From contig OZ024754.1 in NCBI GenBank assembly GCA_964016885.1, positions 25,420,001 through 25,484,000 of the forward strand: a stretch of 64,000 bases of DNA. Reading direction: 5' to 3'. The translations under genes were made by a program, and so were the position numbers. This stretch comes from Eledone cirrhosa. Lineage: Eukaryota. The notes under the pieces were generated by a model. That model ran no database searches, had not been told where the DNA came from, and saw only the letters and a list, made by a program, of their open reading frames with translations. Below, piece by piece: positions 16,295 through 32,587 of the stretch (positions within the stretch are counted from its first letter, which is position 1; each line of letters starts with the position of its first letter).

Positions 16295-16720
16295 CAGTCA
16301 CACATATATATATATTACGTATCAGTTTAGCGAACATTGATTATAATGCTCGCTTTGTCCATTTGTAAACAAACGGACAGCCTGGTTATGCCGTACGGTG
16401 TTAAGGCAACCACGTCACCTTTTTGTTCAACACCGACACAGGAACGATGTACTAGTTTCAAGCTTGTTAGATATCATCAGCACCGTATACCCTTCTGCCA
16501 GATGGTTGAACGTTCGAAAGTATATACTTTCCGTATGAAAATTAACGGCTGAGCAGACTAATTTGCATATCGAGTGAGTTCAGTCGGCCAGGCGCACCGA
16601 AAACGATAAAATGGAATAGAATGAAATGAAATGAAATTTCTCACTCTTAGTACGGCACTTACTTAAACGTAAGTATGTATGTATACGTAAATACATATAT
16701 TCATACAGACGTACATTAGC

Positions 16721-16763
<43 letters not shown>

Positions 16764-17189
16764 CAGGCACACATATATATATGTACGTATCAGTTTAGCG
16801 AACATTTATTATAATGCTCGCTTTGTCCGTTTGTAAACAAACGGACTGCCTGATTTATGCCGTACGGTGTTAAGGCAACCACGTCACCTTTTTGTTCAAC
16901 ACTGACACAGGAACGATGTACTAGTTTCAAGCTTGTTAGCTATCGTCAGCACCGTATACCCTTCTGCCAGATGGTTGAACGTTCGAAAGTATATACTTTC
17001 CTTATGAAAATTTACGGTTGAGCAGCCTAATTTGCATATCGAGTGAGTTCAGTCGGCCAGGCGCACGGAAAACGATAAAATGGAATAGAATGAAATGAAA
17101 TGAAATTTCTGACTCTTAGTACGGCACTTACTTAAATGTAAGTATGTATGTATACGTACATACATATATGCATACAGACGTACAGTAGC

Positions 17190-17260
<71 letters not shown>

Positions 17261-18304
17261 CATACAGGCACACATATATATATATTACGTATCAGTTTAG
17301 CAAACATTTATTATAATGCTCGCTTTGTCCGTTTGTAAACAAACGGACAGCCTGATTTATGCCGTACGGTGTTAAGCCAACCACGTCACCTTTTTGTTCA
17401 ACACTGAAACAGGAACGATGTACTTGTTTCAAGTTTGTTAGCTATCGTCAGCACCGTATACCCTTCTGCCAGATCGTTGAACGTTCGAAAGTATATACTT
17501 TCCTTATGAAAATTAACGGCTGAGCAGCCTAATTTGCATATCGAGTGAGTTCAGTCGGCCAGGTGCACCGAAAATGATAAAATGGAACAGAATGAAATGA
17601 AATTTCATTTCTCACTCTTAGTACGGCACTTACTTAAATGTAAGTATGTATGTATACGTACATACATATATGCATACAGACGTACAGTAGCATGTATATA
17701 TATATATATATATATACATACAGGCACACATATATATATATTACGTATCAGTTTAGCGAACAGTTTAGATGCAGAATATGGCAGCGATAATGAGGGACAG
17801 AGACCGCTGGAGAGAACTCGTCCATGGATCTCGGGAATTTTACCCGCCTTAGATATATATATATATAGATATATACGTACAGGCACACATATATATATGT
17901 ACGTATCAGTTTAGCGAACATTTATTATAATGCTCGCTTTGTCCGTTTGTAAACAAACGGACAGCCTGATTTATGCCGTACGGTGTTAAGGCAACCACGT
18001 CACCTTTTTGTTCAACACTGACACAGGAACGATGTACTAGTTTCAAGCTTGTTAGCTATCGTCAGCACCGTATACCCTTCTGCCAGATGGTTGAACGTTC
18101 GAAAGTATATACTTTCCTTATGAAAATTTACGGTTGAGCAGCTAATTTGCATATCGAGTGAGTTCAGTCGGCCAGGCGCACGGAAAACAATAAAATGGAA
18201 TAGAATGAAATGAAATGAAATTTCTGACTCTTAGTACGGCACTTACTTAAATGTAAGTATGTATGTATACGTACATACATATATGCATACAGACGTACAG
18301 TAGC

Positions 18305-18397
<93 letters not shown>

Positions 18398-18980
18398 CAG
18401 GCACACATATATATATATTACGTATCAGTTTAGCGAACAGTTTAGATGCAGGATATGGCTGCGATAATGAGGGACAGAGACCGCTGGAGAGAACTCGTCC
18501 ATGGATCTCGGGAATTTTACCCGCCTTAGATATATATATATATATATATACATACAGGCACACATATATATATGTACGTATCAGTTTAGCGAACATTTAT
18601 TATAATGCTCGCTTTGTCCGTTTGTAAACAAACGGACAGCCTGATTTATGCCGTACGGTGTTAAGGCAAACACGTCACCTTTTTGTTCAACACTGACACA
18701 GGAACGATGTACTAGTTTCAAGCTTGTTAGCTATCGTCAGCACCGTATACCCTTCTGCCAGATGGTTGAACGTTCGAAAGTATATACTTTCCTTATGAAA
18801 ATTAAAGGTTGAGCAGCCTAGTTTGCATATCGAGTGAGTTCAGTCGGCCAGGCGCACGGAAAACGATAAAATGGAATAGAATGAAATGAAATTTCATTTC
18901 TGACTCTTAGTACGGCACTTACTTAAATGTAAGTATGTATGTATACGTACATACATATATGCATACAGACGTACAGTAGC

Positions 18981-19065
<85 letters not shown>

Positions 19066-19945
19066 CATACAGGCACACATATATATATATAACGTATCAG
19101 TTTAGCAAACATTTATTATAATGCTCGCTTTGTCCGTTTGTAAACAAACGGACAGCCTGGTTTATGCCGTACGGTGTTAAGCCAACCACGTCACCTTTTT
19201 GTTCAACACTGAAACAGGAACGATGTACTAGTTTCAAGTTTGTTAGCTATCGTCAGCACCGTATACCCTTCTGCCAGATCGTTGAACGTTCGAAAGTATA
19301 TACTTTCCTTATGAAAATTAACGGCTGAGCAGCCTAATTTGCATATCGAGTGAGTTCAGTCGGCCAGGTGCACCGAAAATGATAAAATGGAACAGAATGA
19401 AATGAAATTTCATTTCTCACTCTTAGTACGGCACTTACTTAAATGTAAGTATGTATGTATACGTACATACATATATGCATACAGACGTACAGTAGCATGT
19501 ATATATATATATATACATAAAGGCACACATATATATATGTACGTATCAGTTTAGCGAACATTTATTATAATGCTCGCTTTGTCCGTTTGTAAACAAACGG
19601 ACAGCCTTATTTATTTCGTACGGTGTTAAGGCAACAACGTCACCTTTATGTTCAACACTGACACAGGAACGATGTACTAGTTTCAAGCTTGTTAGCTATC
19701 GTCAGCACCGTATACCCTTCTGCCAGATGGTTGAACGTTCGAAAGTATATACTTTCCTTATGAAAATTAAAGGTTGAGCAGCCTAATTTGCATATCGAGT
19801 GAGTTCAGTCGGCCAGGCGCACCGAAAACGATAAAATGGAATAGAATGAAATGAAATGAAATTTCTGACTCTTAGTACGGCACTTACTTAAATGTAAGTA
19901 TGTATGTATACGTACATACATATATGCATACAGACGTACAGTAGC

Positions 19946-20030
<85 letters not shown>

Positions 20031-20910
20031 CATACAGGCACACATATATATATATTACGTATCAGTTTAGCAAACATTTATTATAATGCTCGCTTTGTCC
20101 GTTTGTAAACAAACGGACAGCGTGATTTATGCCGTACGGTGTTAAGCCAACCACGTCACCTTTTTGTTCAACACTGAAACAGGAACGATGTACTAGTTTC
20201 AAGTTTGTTAGCTATCGTCAGCACCGTATACCCTTCTGCCAGATCGTTGAACGTTCGAAAGTATATACTTTCCTTATGAAAATTAACGGCTGAGCAGCCT
20301 AATTTGCATATCGAGTGAGTTCAGTCGGCCAGGTGCACCGAAAATGATAAAATGGAACAGAATGAAATGAAATTTCATTTCTCACTCTTAGTACGGCACT
20401 TACTTAAATGTAAGTATGTATGTATACGTACATACATATATGCATACAGACGTACAGTAGCATGTATATATATATATATACATAAAGGCACACATATATA
20501 TATGTACGTATCAGTTTAGCGAACATTTATTATAATGCTCGCTTTGTCCGTTTGTAAACAAACGGACAGCCTTATTTATTCCGTACGGTGTTAAGGCAAC
20601 AACGTCACCTTTATGTTCAACACTGACACAGGAACGATGTACTAGTTTCAAGCTTGTTAGCTATCGTCAGCACCGTATACCCTTCTGCCAGATGGTTGAA
20701 CGTTCGAAAGTATATACTTTCCTTATGAAAATTAAAGGTTGAGCAGCCTAATTTGCATATCGAGTGAGTTCAGTCGGCCAGGCGCACCGAAAACGATAAA
20801 ATGGAATAGAATGAAATGAAATGAAATTTCTGACTCTTAGTACGGCACTTACTTAAATGTAAGTATGTATGTATACGTACATACATATATGCATACAGAC
20901 GTACAGTAGC

Positions 20911-20979
<69 letters not shown>

Positions 20980-21534
20980 CAGGCACACATATATATATAT
21001 TACGTATCAGTTTAGCGAACAGTTTAGATGCAGGATATGGCAGCGATAATGAGGGACAGAGACCGCTGGAGAGAACTCGTCCATGGATCTCGGGAATTTT
21101 ACCCGCCTTAGATATATATATATATATATATACATACAGGCACACATATATATATGTACGTATCAGTTTAGCGAACATTTATTATAATGCTCGCTTTGTC
21201 CGTTTGTAAACAAACGGACAGCCTGATTTATGCCGTACGGTGTTAAGGCAACCACGTCACCTTTTTGTTCAACACTGACACAGGAACGATGTACTAGTTT
21301 CAAGCTTGTTAGCTATCGTCAGCACCGTATACCCTTCTGCCAGATGGTTGAACGTTCGAAAGTATATACTTTCCTTATGAAAATTAAAGTGAGTTCAGTC
21401 GGCCAGGCGCACCGAAACGATAAAATGGAATAGAATGAAATGAAATGAAATTTCTGACTCTTAGTACGGCACTTACTTAAATGTAAGTATGTATGTATAC
21501 GTACATACATATATGCATACAGACGTACAGTAGC

Positions 21535-21599
<65 letters not shown>

Positions 21600-22181
21600 C
21601 AGGCACACATATATATATATTACGTATCAGTTTAGCGAACAGTTTAGATGCAGGATATGGCAGCGATAATGAGGGACAGAGACCGCTGGAGAGAACTCGT
21701 CCATGGATCTCGGGAATTTTACCCGCCTTAGAGATATATATATATATATATACATACAGGCACACATATATATATGTACGTATCAGTTTAGCGAACATTT
21801 ATTATAATGCTCGCTTTGTCCGTTTGTAAACAAACGGACAGCCTGATTTGTGCCGTACGGCGTTAAGGCAACCACGTCACCTTTTTGTTCAACACTGACA
21901 GAGGAACGATGTACTAGTTTCAAGCTTGTTAGCTAACGTCAGCACCGTATACCCTTCTGCCAGATGGTTGAACGTTCGAAAGTATATACTTTCCTTATGA
22001 AAATTAACGTCTGAGCAGCCTAATTTGCATATCGAGTGAGTTCAGTCGGCCAGGCGCACCGAAAACGATAGAATGGAATAGAATGAAATGAAATTTCATT
22101 CCTCACTCTTAGTACGGCACTTACTTAAATGTAAGTATGTATGTATACGTAAATACATATATGCATACAACGTACAGTAGC

Positions 22182-22218
<37 letters not shown>

Positions 22219-22632
22219 CAGGCACACATATATATATGTACGCATCAGTTTAGCGAACATTTATTATAATGCTCGCTTTGTCCGTTTGTAAACAAACGGA
22301 CAGCCTGATTTATGCCGTACGGTGTTAAGGCAACCACGTCACCCACTTTTTTTTTTCGTTCAACACTAACAGAGGAACGATGTACTAGTTTCAAGCTTGT
22401 TAGCTATCGTCAGCACCGTATACCATTCTGCCAGATGGTTGAACGTTCGAAAGTACATACTTTCCTTATGAAAATTAACGGCTGAGTGAGTTCAGTCGGC
22501 CAGGCGCACCGAAAACGATAAAATAGAATTGAATGAAATGAGATTTCATTTCTCACTCTTAGTACAGCACTTACTTAAATGTAAGTATGTATGTATACGT
22601 ACATACATATATGCATACAGACGTACAGTAGC

Positions 22633-22671
<39 letters not shown>

Positions 22672-22918
22672 CAGGCACACATATATATGTAAGTATCAGT
22701 TTAGCGAACATTTATTATAATGCTCGCTTTGTCCGTTTGTAAACAAACGGTCAGCCTGATTTATGCCGTACGGTGTTAAGGCAACCACGTCAACCTTTTG
22801 TTCAACACTGACACAAGAACGATGTACTAGTTTCAAGCTTGTTAGCTATCGTCAGCACCGTATATCCTTCTGCCAGATGGTGTGTCTTTAAACAAACATC
22901 CCGTATATATATATACAA

Positions 22919-23070
<152 letters not shown>

Positions 23071-23073
23071 CAT

Positions 23074-23344
<271 letters not shown>

Positions 23345-23357
23345 CATATATATATAC

Positions 23358-23501
<144 letters not shown>

Positions 23502-23524
23502 GTATATATATATGTATATATATA

Positions 23525-23638
<114 letters not shown>

Positions 23639-23692
23639 TAAAAGAATAATGAATAAAACAATGTAACAGTTCCTTATATTAATCAAAAAAAG

Positions 23693-23847
23693 TTCATTAT
23701 TCAACGATCGTTTCTAGGATATATATGTGTTAGAATTGGCATGCATATTCAACAGATCTATGTACAAAATTATACAAAATTATACAAACTATCAAGATTA
23801 AATATACATACCAAACACACATATATGCCGTCTTCAGAAATAATGAA
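23693..23847 (-). ncRNA. Hammerhead ribozyme with extended stem II (family A)
   Basis: Reverse complement of the 45923-46076 motif: TTCATTATTT CTGAAGA ...~115 nt... GAAACGATCGTT GAATAATGAA. Confidence 0.75.
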
Positions 23848-24443
23848 ATATATTTATTGATAATAACAACAATTCAAAATTTCAGGTCCGTTTGGGAACG
23901 GAGTTCAAATTGACCAATGAAAATACAAAAAATTTTATGCAGTTTGGTGTGTGTATATACATGTAATTAACTTCGTACACATATTTATATAAAGATATAT
24001 GCTCACATGCATACGCATGCCAAAAAGATGTATGCAAATACAAAAATTCAAGGCTAATGTCTCTGTAAGTTTATAATCCACAGATAAAATGCGTATAGAC
24101 ACATAAATATGAAATAAATGTATACACACATTCACATACTCACACATATTCGTACACTCACACACACACGCGCGTATATGCATAAACATACACATAATTA
24201 CGAACATACATACACACACACACCCCCACACACATATATATGTGCATATAGTACTATCATAAGCATATGGACACTAATGTACGCACATAAACACTGCCAC
24301 ACACATTTAGATCAAGATACAGAAATTAGGTGGGAGGGGGGGAGAGGTCAGTATTCAACGGTTTCGGCAGACTGCTTATTTATAGATGTATCTATAAACT
24401 TAGAAATAAAAATAAAAGAAAAAGAAAAAAGAAATATATCAAG

Positions 24444-24491
<48 letters not shown>

Positions 24492-24905
24492 TATACATAC
24501 AACACACACACACACACATATATAAACATATACATATATATATACACATATATACACACATACATATATACATACACACATATATACACACACATATATA
24601 AACACACATATATATATATATATACACGCACATATACATACACACAAATATATATATATATACAAACAAGCAAAATATAAAGTATACATCGATATACATA
24701 CATATAGACATATAAATAAATACACACGCATACACACACATACATATACATACATATACATACACATATATATAAACACATACATATACATACATATACA
24801 TACACATACCATATAAATACACATACACATACACAGCCGCATACATATAGAGACACATACATATACACATATAAATACATAGACACATACATACATAAAC
24901 ACACA

Positions 24906-24951
<46 letters not shown>

Positions 24952-24976
24952 TTTTACACACATATACACATACACG

Positions 24977-25056
<80 letters not shown>

Positions 25057-25166
25057 CACACATATACATATACACACGCATATATATATATATATATATA
25101 TACACTCACAACACTCGTATATATATACACACACTCATACATATACACACATATACATATACACAC

Positions 25167-25198
<32 letters not shown>

Positions 25199-25380
25199 AT
25201 ACATATATATATACATATACACATATATATACAGTCACATCTACATATATATATATATATATATAAAAAAGTACACTCATATATATACACACATACACAT
25301 ACATACCCACATATAAATATATATATATACATAAATATATATACACACATACACACACACACACACACACACATACATAC

Positions 25381-25467
<87 letters not shown>

Positions 25468-25952
25468 CATACACACATACACATACATACACATACATAC
25501 ACATATACACACATACATATATATTCACACACACACACCTACACATACATACACATACACATATATAAAGATATATATACACACACACATACACACACAC
25601 ACATATATAATAAATATATATATATATATATACATATATATACATATACATACATATATACATACATACATACACATACATACATATATATACACACATA
25701 TACATACACACATACACACATACATACATACACACACACATACATACACACACATACATACTCATACATAGACATAGATATATATTCACACACACATACG
25801 CACTTACATATACGCATATATACAAATACATACGCATCCATATATGCGTATATACATACAAACACCACTACACTCTCACACAACTCAGACATACAAAGAA
25901 AAAGGTATATACATATACACACATACACATATAAACAGAGATATATATACAC

Positions 25953-26017
<65 letters not shown>

Positions 26018-26981
26018 CACACACATACATATACATACATACACACATACACACATACATATATAGTCACACACACACACACCTACACATACATACACAT
26101 ACACATATATAAAGATATATAATACACACATACACACACATACATATATAATAAATATATATATATACATATATATACATATATATATACATATACATAC
26201 ATATATACATACATACATACACATACATACATACATATACACAAATATATACACACATACACACATACATACATACACACACACATACATACACACACAT
26301 ACATACTCATACATAGACATAGATATATATTCACACACACATACGCACTTACATATACGCATATATACAAATACATACGCATCCATATATGCGTATATAC
26401 ATACAAACACCACTACACTCTCACACAACTCAGACATACAAAGAAAAAGGTATATACATATACATATATACACACATAAATAGAGATACATATATACATA
26501 TATATATATATACATACATATATATATATATCCACACACACATACAACCATAAACACACATACAAACACATACATACACACATATATACATATATATACA
26601 CACACACAAAGACACACATACACATATATATTTATATATATATATATATATATACACACTTTCACATATATACATATACACATAAATTATATTATAATAA
26701 TAAATAATATATATATATACATATACAAATATATACATACATAGACATACATATATATACACACACACACACACTCACATATATATGCGCGCATACGTAC
26801 ACATATACACATACACACATATACACATAAACATATACATGTGCATACATGTACATACACACATATACCCACATAGATACGAAGATACACATATATATAG
26901 AGAGACATACATATACATACAAATATAAACACACACATACATACACACATATATATACACACATACATACACGCACACACA

Positions 26982-27032
<51 letters not shown>

Positions 27033-27034
27033 GC

Positions 27035-27067
<33 letters not shown>

Positions 27068-28261
27068 ATCATACATCCTTATTTGCATGCGCATATATGT
27101 ATTTTTATACTTAGATATAAACACCCAAACATATATACACCTACCTACATATACATATTCATACATACACGCTTACAAATACAGATAATAATAGTAGGGG
27201 GAAGGGGGGGGGGTGGAGAAGGGGATTATAGTAAATATATGTTTCAAGAAACATAGAATATTAATCTGTATCTGGATCCAAATATATGTTTACAAAGTTT
27301 CAGTATTAGGAAATGCAAAATTATGCATTTCAATATAAGTATACCATTAATTATAGGTTAACTAAACTAAAGATAGTTAACATATTGATTTCTAAGGTGT
27401 AAATTACTTAGGTTTATAATATTTGAAGCAGAATTTTGAAGTTAAATAGTAGTAGAGTATTAATTATAGTATAACTAAATTAAAATTATTAACGTTATGG
27501 TATCAATATTAGGAAATGAATTTAGTAATAGGGAAAAAACAAATAAAGTATTACATCAGTAGTAGAATATAAATTATAGGTTAACTAAATTAAAAGTTAT
27601 ATATTAATTTCTATAGTATATGTTAATTAGGTATATAATAAATAAAACAGATATTGTATTTTATCAATAGCAGAATATAATTATATGTAAACAGAAATCA
27701 AAACTAATACATATATATATATACATATACATACATATATATATATACACATATATATACATACATACACATACATATATATACATATACATATTTTTTC
27801 AAAAATTGAAAAGAATATATTAATTAGGTATACATCCAAAACACATCCCATTCTATGATTACATGACACTCTGCAATCCGTCTGTATTAGGATACTAATT
27901 TTAAGCCAATAAATTAAATTTTTAGGTTGACTAAATTTAAAACCAAATTATAAATATATTTCTAAAATGTATATTAATTAGGTCTATAATACTAAAAATT
28001 ATTTCTCTGTCCTTGAATATACGATATTTTGTTATATTTTATCTGTAAAGGAATTTTAATAAAGGGTTAAATAAATTAAAATTAATCTATAAATTAAATT
28101 ACTAAGTATATATTAGTAATATTTAAAGGTTTTTCACAATTTATGATTACACAATATTTTATATTCTCATCTGTAGTAGAATTTTAATTAAATTAAATTT
28201 ATAGGTTAACTAACATTTAAATTAAATTATATATTAATTTCTAAAATAATTGTTTCTACTT

Positions 28262-28397
28262 TAGGCACAAGGCCAGCAATTACCCAGTGTATTACTGGTA
28301 CTTTATTTTATCGACCCTGTAAGGATGAAAGGCAAAGTCAACCTCGGCGGAATTTGAACTCAGATCGTAAAGGGACGTAACTATGCTGGAAAGCATA
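28262..28397 (+). mobile_element. SINE fragment inserted at the end of the PLE ORF
   Basis: Absent from the paralog at 42085. The sequence CGACCCTGTAAGGATGAAAGGCAAAGTCAACCTCGGCGGAATTTGAACTCAG resembles an abundant octopus SINE (recalled, not searched). Confidence 0.65.
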
Positions 28398-29860
28398 GGT
28401 TTATAATATTTAAATGTTTTTTTTAGTTTATGATTACACGATATAATTAATTCCTGTCGTTTATTTAATAGGATATCCTTAGATTTCATTATTTCAAATA
28501 GTTCTTGGGAACATAATCTACATTCATTTCTATTATTTTGATAAGGGGTGGCTCTTTTGAGCACACTCCAGGTCAAATCATATTCTATATTCTTATTTTT
28601 ATAACTATTGATTTTTTCTGCTAGAGATGTGCGGCATTTTTAAAACTATGCTTGTCGGTATTAAACCTTGTCTTAAAATTGTTAGAAGTAGCTCCTATAT
28701 ATGAGCAAATAGAATCTTTAGTTTTAACATTACATTTATAGACTATGTTGTTATCAAGACAATTCCCTTTTAATGGGCAGTTTGCTTTGTTTCTACAGTT
28801 ACAACCTTTCGTTAATTCTGTATTTGAGGAGATATTATGGTTAGTTTGATGTATTGGTGGTATACTTATGGTTTTCTTACATTTATATGCATTATAGGCA
28901 CTTATATTTTGTTTTATGTTATTTGTTGTTGAGTATAAGAATTTAACTGTAGACCTATTTAAGATTTGATGGTATTTGTGGTTTGGCGGGAAGTTTTTCT
29001 CTAGGATATAAAAAAATTTTTTAGCAATATTATCCTTAATTTGTAAATTAAATGGAGCATTATACCAAGTAACCCGTCTATTACGGTTTCTATGTTGTTT
29101 ATTATTTTTATTATTTTTATAGGTTGTATCGTGATGTTTACTAGGAGGATTAATGTTAATGATCTCACCACAACCATTTTTAGTTATATTTGTAGATTTA
29201 GGTGTTTTATCTTTTTTATTAGGAGTTTTATTATTAATATTTATTAGAGTTGTATGATGAGTAGTTTTTTGAGAGTTACTATATTTTATATTAGAAGATT
29301 TGGTATTTTGGGGTATAGTGTGGGTGGCATTTAGGTGTGTACTTTTCGTTTGGTGTTTGTTGGTAATATTAGGTTGTATGTTTTTAGTATTTTTAGTAGA
29401 AGGTATATATTCTAATCTATTTTTGTGGCCACTTCTATCTAGAGCTTCGTTATAGAAGGTCGCATTTTTATCAAATACATCTTGGTTAGAAGAAAGGTTA
29501 GAAATTCTAAGTGATATATTATATGCAAGGTTTTTAAGGATAGATTTAGGGTGATTAGATTGTGAGTGTATGTAATGTAAGTTTTGGTTTGGTTTATGGT
29601 AAGGTTGGTAGATACCCGTAGCTAAATCTAAAGTTATATCTAGGAAATTTACTACTTTACTTGTTTTTTCAAAAGTAATATGAAGATTATAATAGTCTTT
29701 AAGGAAAGTTCTAATATGCTTTTTGTTTTTTTCTATTTCTGAAAGGCTAAGGTTGTTGGAAAGAAGAAGACAGTCATCACGATATAAACCACCTTTAAGG
29801 TGGGGAAAGGAGGCATTTATGTTGAAAAGGAGAAAGAGGCCCACAAGATCAGTAATTTGA
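28398..29860 (-). pseudogene. Truncated, frameshifted PLE RT/GIY-YIG ORF (family A)
   Basis: Contains GLYRDDCL, CNCRNKANCPLKGNC and IVYKC...YIG. A 13-nt deletion near 28630 relative to 41843-41855 shifts the frame. Confidence 0.9.
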
Positions 29861-29864
29861 GGCC

Positions 29865-30749
29865 TTAGGAGGAAGCAACACACCAAACACTAAAAGCAAA
29901 AATAGAAGAAGAAATAATACATTTTTCAACCCTCCTTTCAACCTAAATGTCTCCACCAACATACCTAGGGCTTTCTTCTCACTACTAGATAAAAACTTCC
30001 CTCTAGGACACAAGTACCACAACCTCTTAAACAAAAACACCATTAAAATCTCATACTCTACGACGCCTAACTTAGCATACCACATAGCTAGCAGCAATAA
30101 TAGTAAACTTAGTTCTTACTTCCAACAAACAAAATCACAACGGGATGCAAACCCTCTAAATACCACTGTAGCAAGCAACAATAGCAACGGCAGTAACAAT
30201 AGAAATAACACTAGTATAAGTAATAACACCAGGGTTGTCAACCCGAACACCCAAAATCCTATATCCACCACACAGACTTCCGCATTGCATTATAACCAGC
30301 GGACTAACGCACAGAATAATTGTAACTGTAGAGCTAATAGAACCTGCCCTTTAGATAAAAAATGCCTAACCAAGGATGTCATATACTCATGCACAGTCAC
30401 GACTAATAACTCTTCAGAAACCTATGTAGGCTCCACTTCTAACTGCTTCAAAATCAGATATAACTCGCACATCCACTCGTTCAAAAAGCACAGCCTAGCC
30501 AACTCCACCTCACTTTCTAGCTACATACACTATCTAAAATCTAAAAATAAACCATACACACTGAAATGGGAAGTGATAGGCAGCGCGACCTCGTACAAAC
30601 CACCTAATAAATTCTGTAACCTCTGTATACTAGAGACACACAATATTATCTTCTCCAACCGTAACCTACTTAACAAAAAATCTGAGGTGTTTGCAACTTG
30701 CCAGCACCGCCTCAGACATTCCTTCCAAAACTTTAAGCCCTATATATAG
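29865..30749 (+). pseudogene. PLE linker + GIY-YIG endonuclease fragment (family B)
   Basis: VIYSC...TYVGSTSNCFKIRYNSH...CNLCILE...LLNKKSE. Confidence 0.88.
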
Positions 30750-32192
30750 CAATGTCGGACTGGAACCTAACACCACATCTAGCATCAAACACCAGAGACA
30801 CACCCTATACTACATACCCAACACTAGCTGATCCATTATAACACAAACAACGACATCCCTCTGGAACCCTTCGCAGGGAAAATACCCATTTATACCTCTA
30901 CGGCAGGTGTGACAACATCCACCCACTTGGACGGCACTACACCGCTCTAAGGGTAATTTGAGCATGAATTGATCGGTTGGATGGTGTTGGGCAGAGGAAA
31001 CACCTTCCTTAGACAGATGTAAAATGATTTAATCGAGTAGCGCTGTTGACCAGTAGGACCGGGCTGCTGAGCGCAGTGAGTGAATGCAATGCAACTGCCG
31101 TGCGGGTTGTACGTATATGGATGATCTGACGGTCAGAGAGGGGTCGCGAGGACTGCGGATTGACCTTTGGCCTGCCTGGGGACGATTATCTTTCGACATC
31201 CAATGTAGCAAGCGATGACCCAGATCTTACCAGAGATCATTGGGTCCTGAAGCAGTCCTGCAATCACCGCGCCTGGTCATATGAGCAGACTACAACCACA
31301 GAGATCATTAATTTAGAATCCTCGCTCATCATCTATAATTTCCATTTGTAGCACCTTAAGATGGGTTAATCCACCTTAATAATAATATGATCACCTTCAG
31401 CATAATTTAGTTAAACTACTCTATAGTTAGTACACTTTATGCTTTAAAAGTCTCTCTTGGAAGGTGCACCTCACCATAGAATTTAGGGTCTATATTGGGA
31501 CACATTTTAATGACTAGATATAGAAACCCCAGAGTTACCTCCCCGCATGCATTAACTCCCCTTAGCCACACACACACTTCCGGTATTCAATGGCGTTTCT
31601 CGAAACGTAACAACCTCCTGTATCGAACTAAAGAACACCAGGCTACGATCTCTAACTGGATTGTCGTGGATTATGTGAAAGGCATATAATCGAAATATAC
31701 ACTCCCTTGACCATGAAAATGCCGAAGTACATGAATAACTTGACATCCCTGCGCTGTGCATCTCCAATACTTATAACACTTTTAATGCTTGCACTATCTT
31801 TAATGCTTATAATATTTCTCCACACACAGACAATATCAATCATATAAAGACTTTGCCACCAGATCTACCAACCTAACACTCTTATTTACCTACCTAAGTG
31901 CCTCTACCACACATATCTCTCTGCCACACTATATAAACAAGACGCACATGCGTGCCACACATATAACATTTGCACTATATAACCACTTATCTTCAGGTTG
32001 TACTTTAACCTATATCTTTGATTTTTGATTGTACCTATTAATATAAATGTAATCTCGAAGTGTGTACTGCCACTCTAAATTCTGTAATGAATGTTGACCC
32101 ACAATGTTTGAATATGTATCAATGTTTGAATATGTATTGGTATGTCTCTCGGCTGAAAAGGAGGTCATATAACTGTCCATGCATTAATAAAT

Positions 32193-32239
32193 TGCTCCGA
32201 AGAATCCAAACCTCGGTTTGGAGGAAACAGCTGTAAGCA
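32193..32239 (+). ncRNA. Minimal hammerhead, U4C core variant (family B)
   Basis: TGCT CCGAAGA A-TCCAAAC-CTCG-GTTTGGA-G GAAA CAGCTGTA AGCA, with palindromic stem III ACAGCTGT. Confidence 0.75.
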
Positions 32240-32443
32240 CAATAATGTTTTGAACAGTTCTTTGATTCTTATATTTCATATAACTGCTCTGTAAATCATC
32301 TGATGTTTTTACATTGAGCTACTTAACTTACTGGTAATAAGGTAGTAATACATTACTGCCTACCACTATTTAGGGTGTGTGTAAAATACTTACAACTGCT
32401 TAAGGTTTTGTGTTTACATAACCATAAATAGTATAACTAATAC

Positions 32444-32485
<42 letters not shown>

Positions 32486-32489
32486 CACA

Positions 32490-32584
<95 letters not shown>

Positions 32585-32587
<3 letters not shown>

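Larger units (their letters stand above)
29862..32445 (+). mobile_element. Naiad-type PLE family B, 5'-truncated
   Basis: An open frame from ~29865 to 30749 reads NRRRNNTFFNPPFN...KISYSTTPN...CNCRANRTCPLDKKC...YVG. It is followed by a 3' UTR, an HHR and (TA)n. Confidence 0.88.

Noticed and set aside
29849-30097. Short antisense ORFs over PLE/LINE coding regions (also 40538, 47072, 51954, 53316, 58873)
   Set aside because: These are shadow frames of retroelement ORFs.
31205-31260. SECIS-like ATGA...TGAA hairpin
   Set aside because: There is no apical AA motif, the helix register does not fit the G-A quartet, and the upstream ORF fragment has no in-frame TGA.
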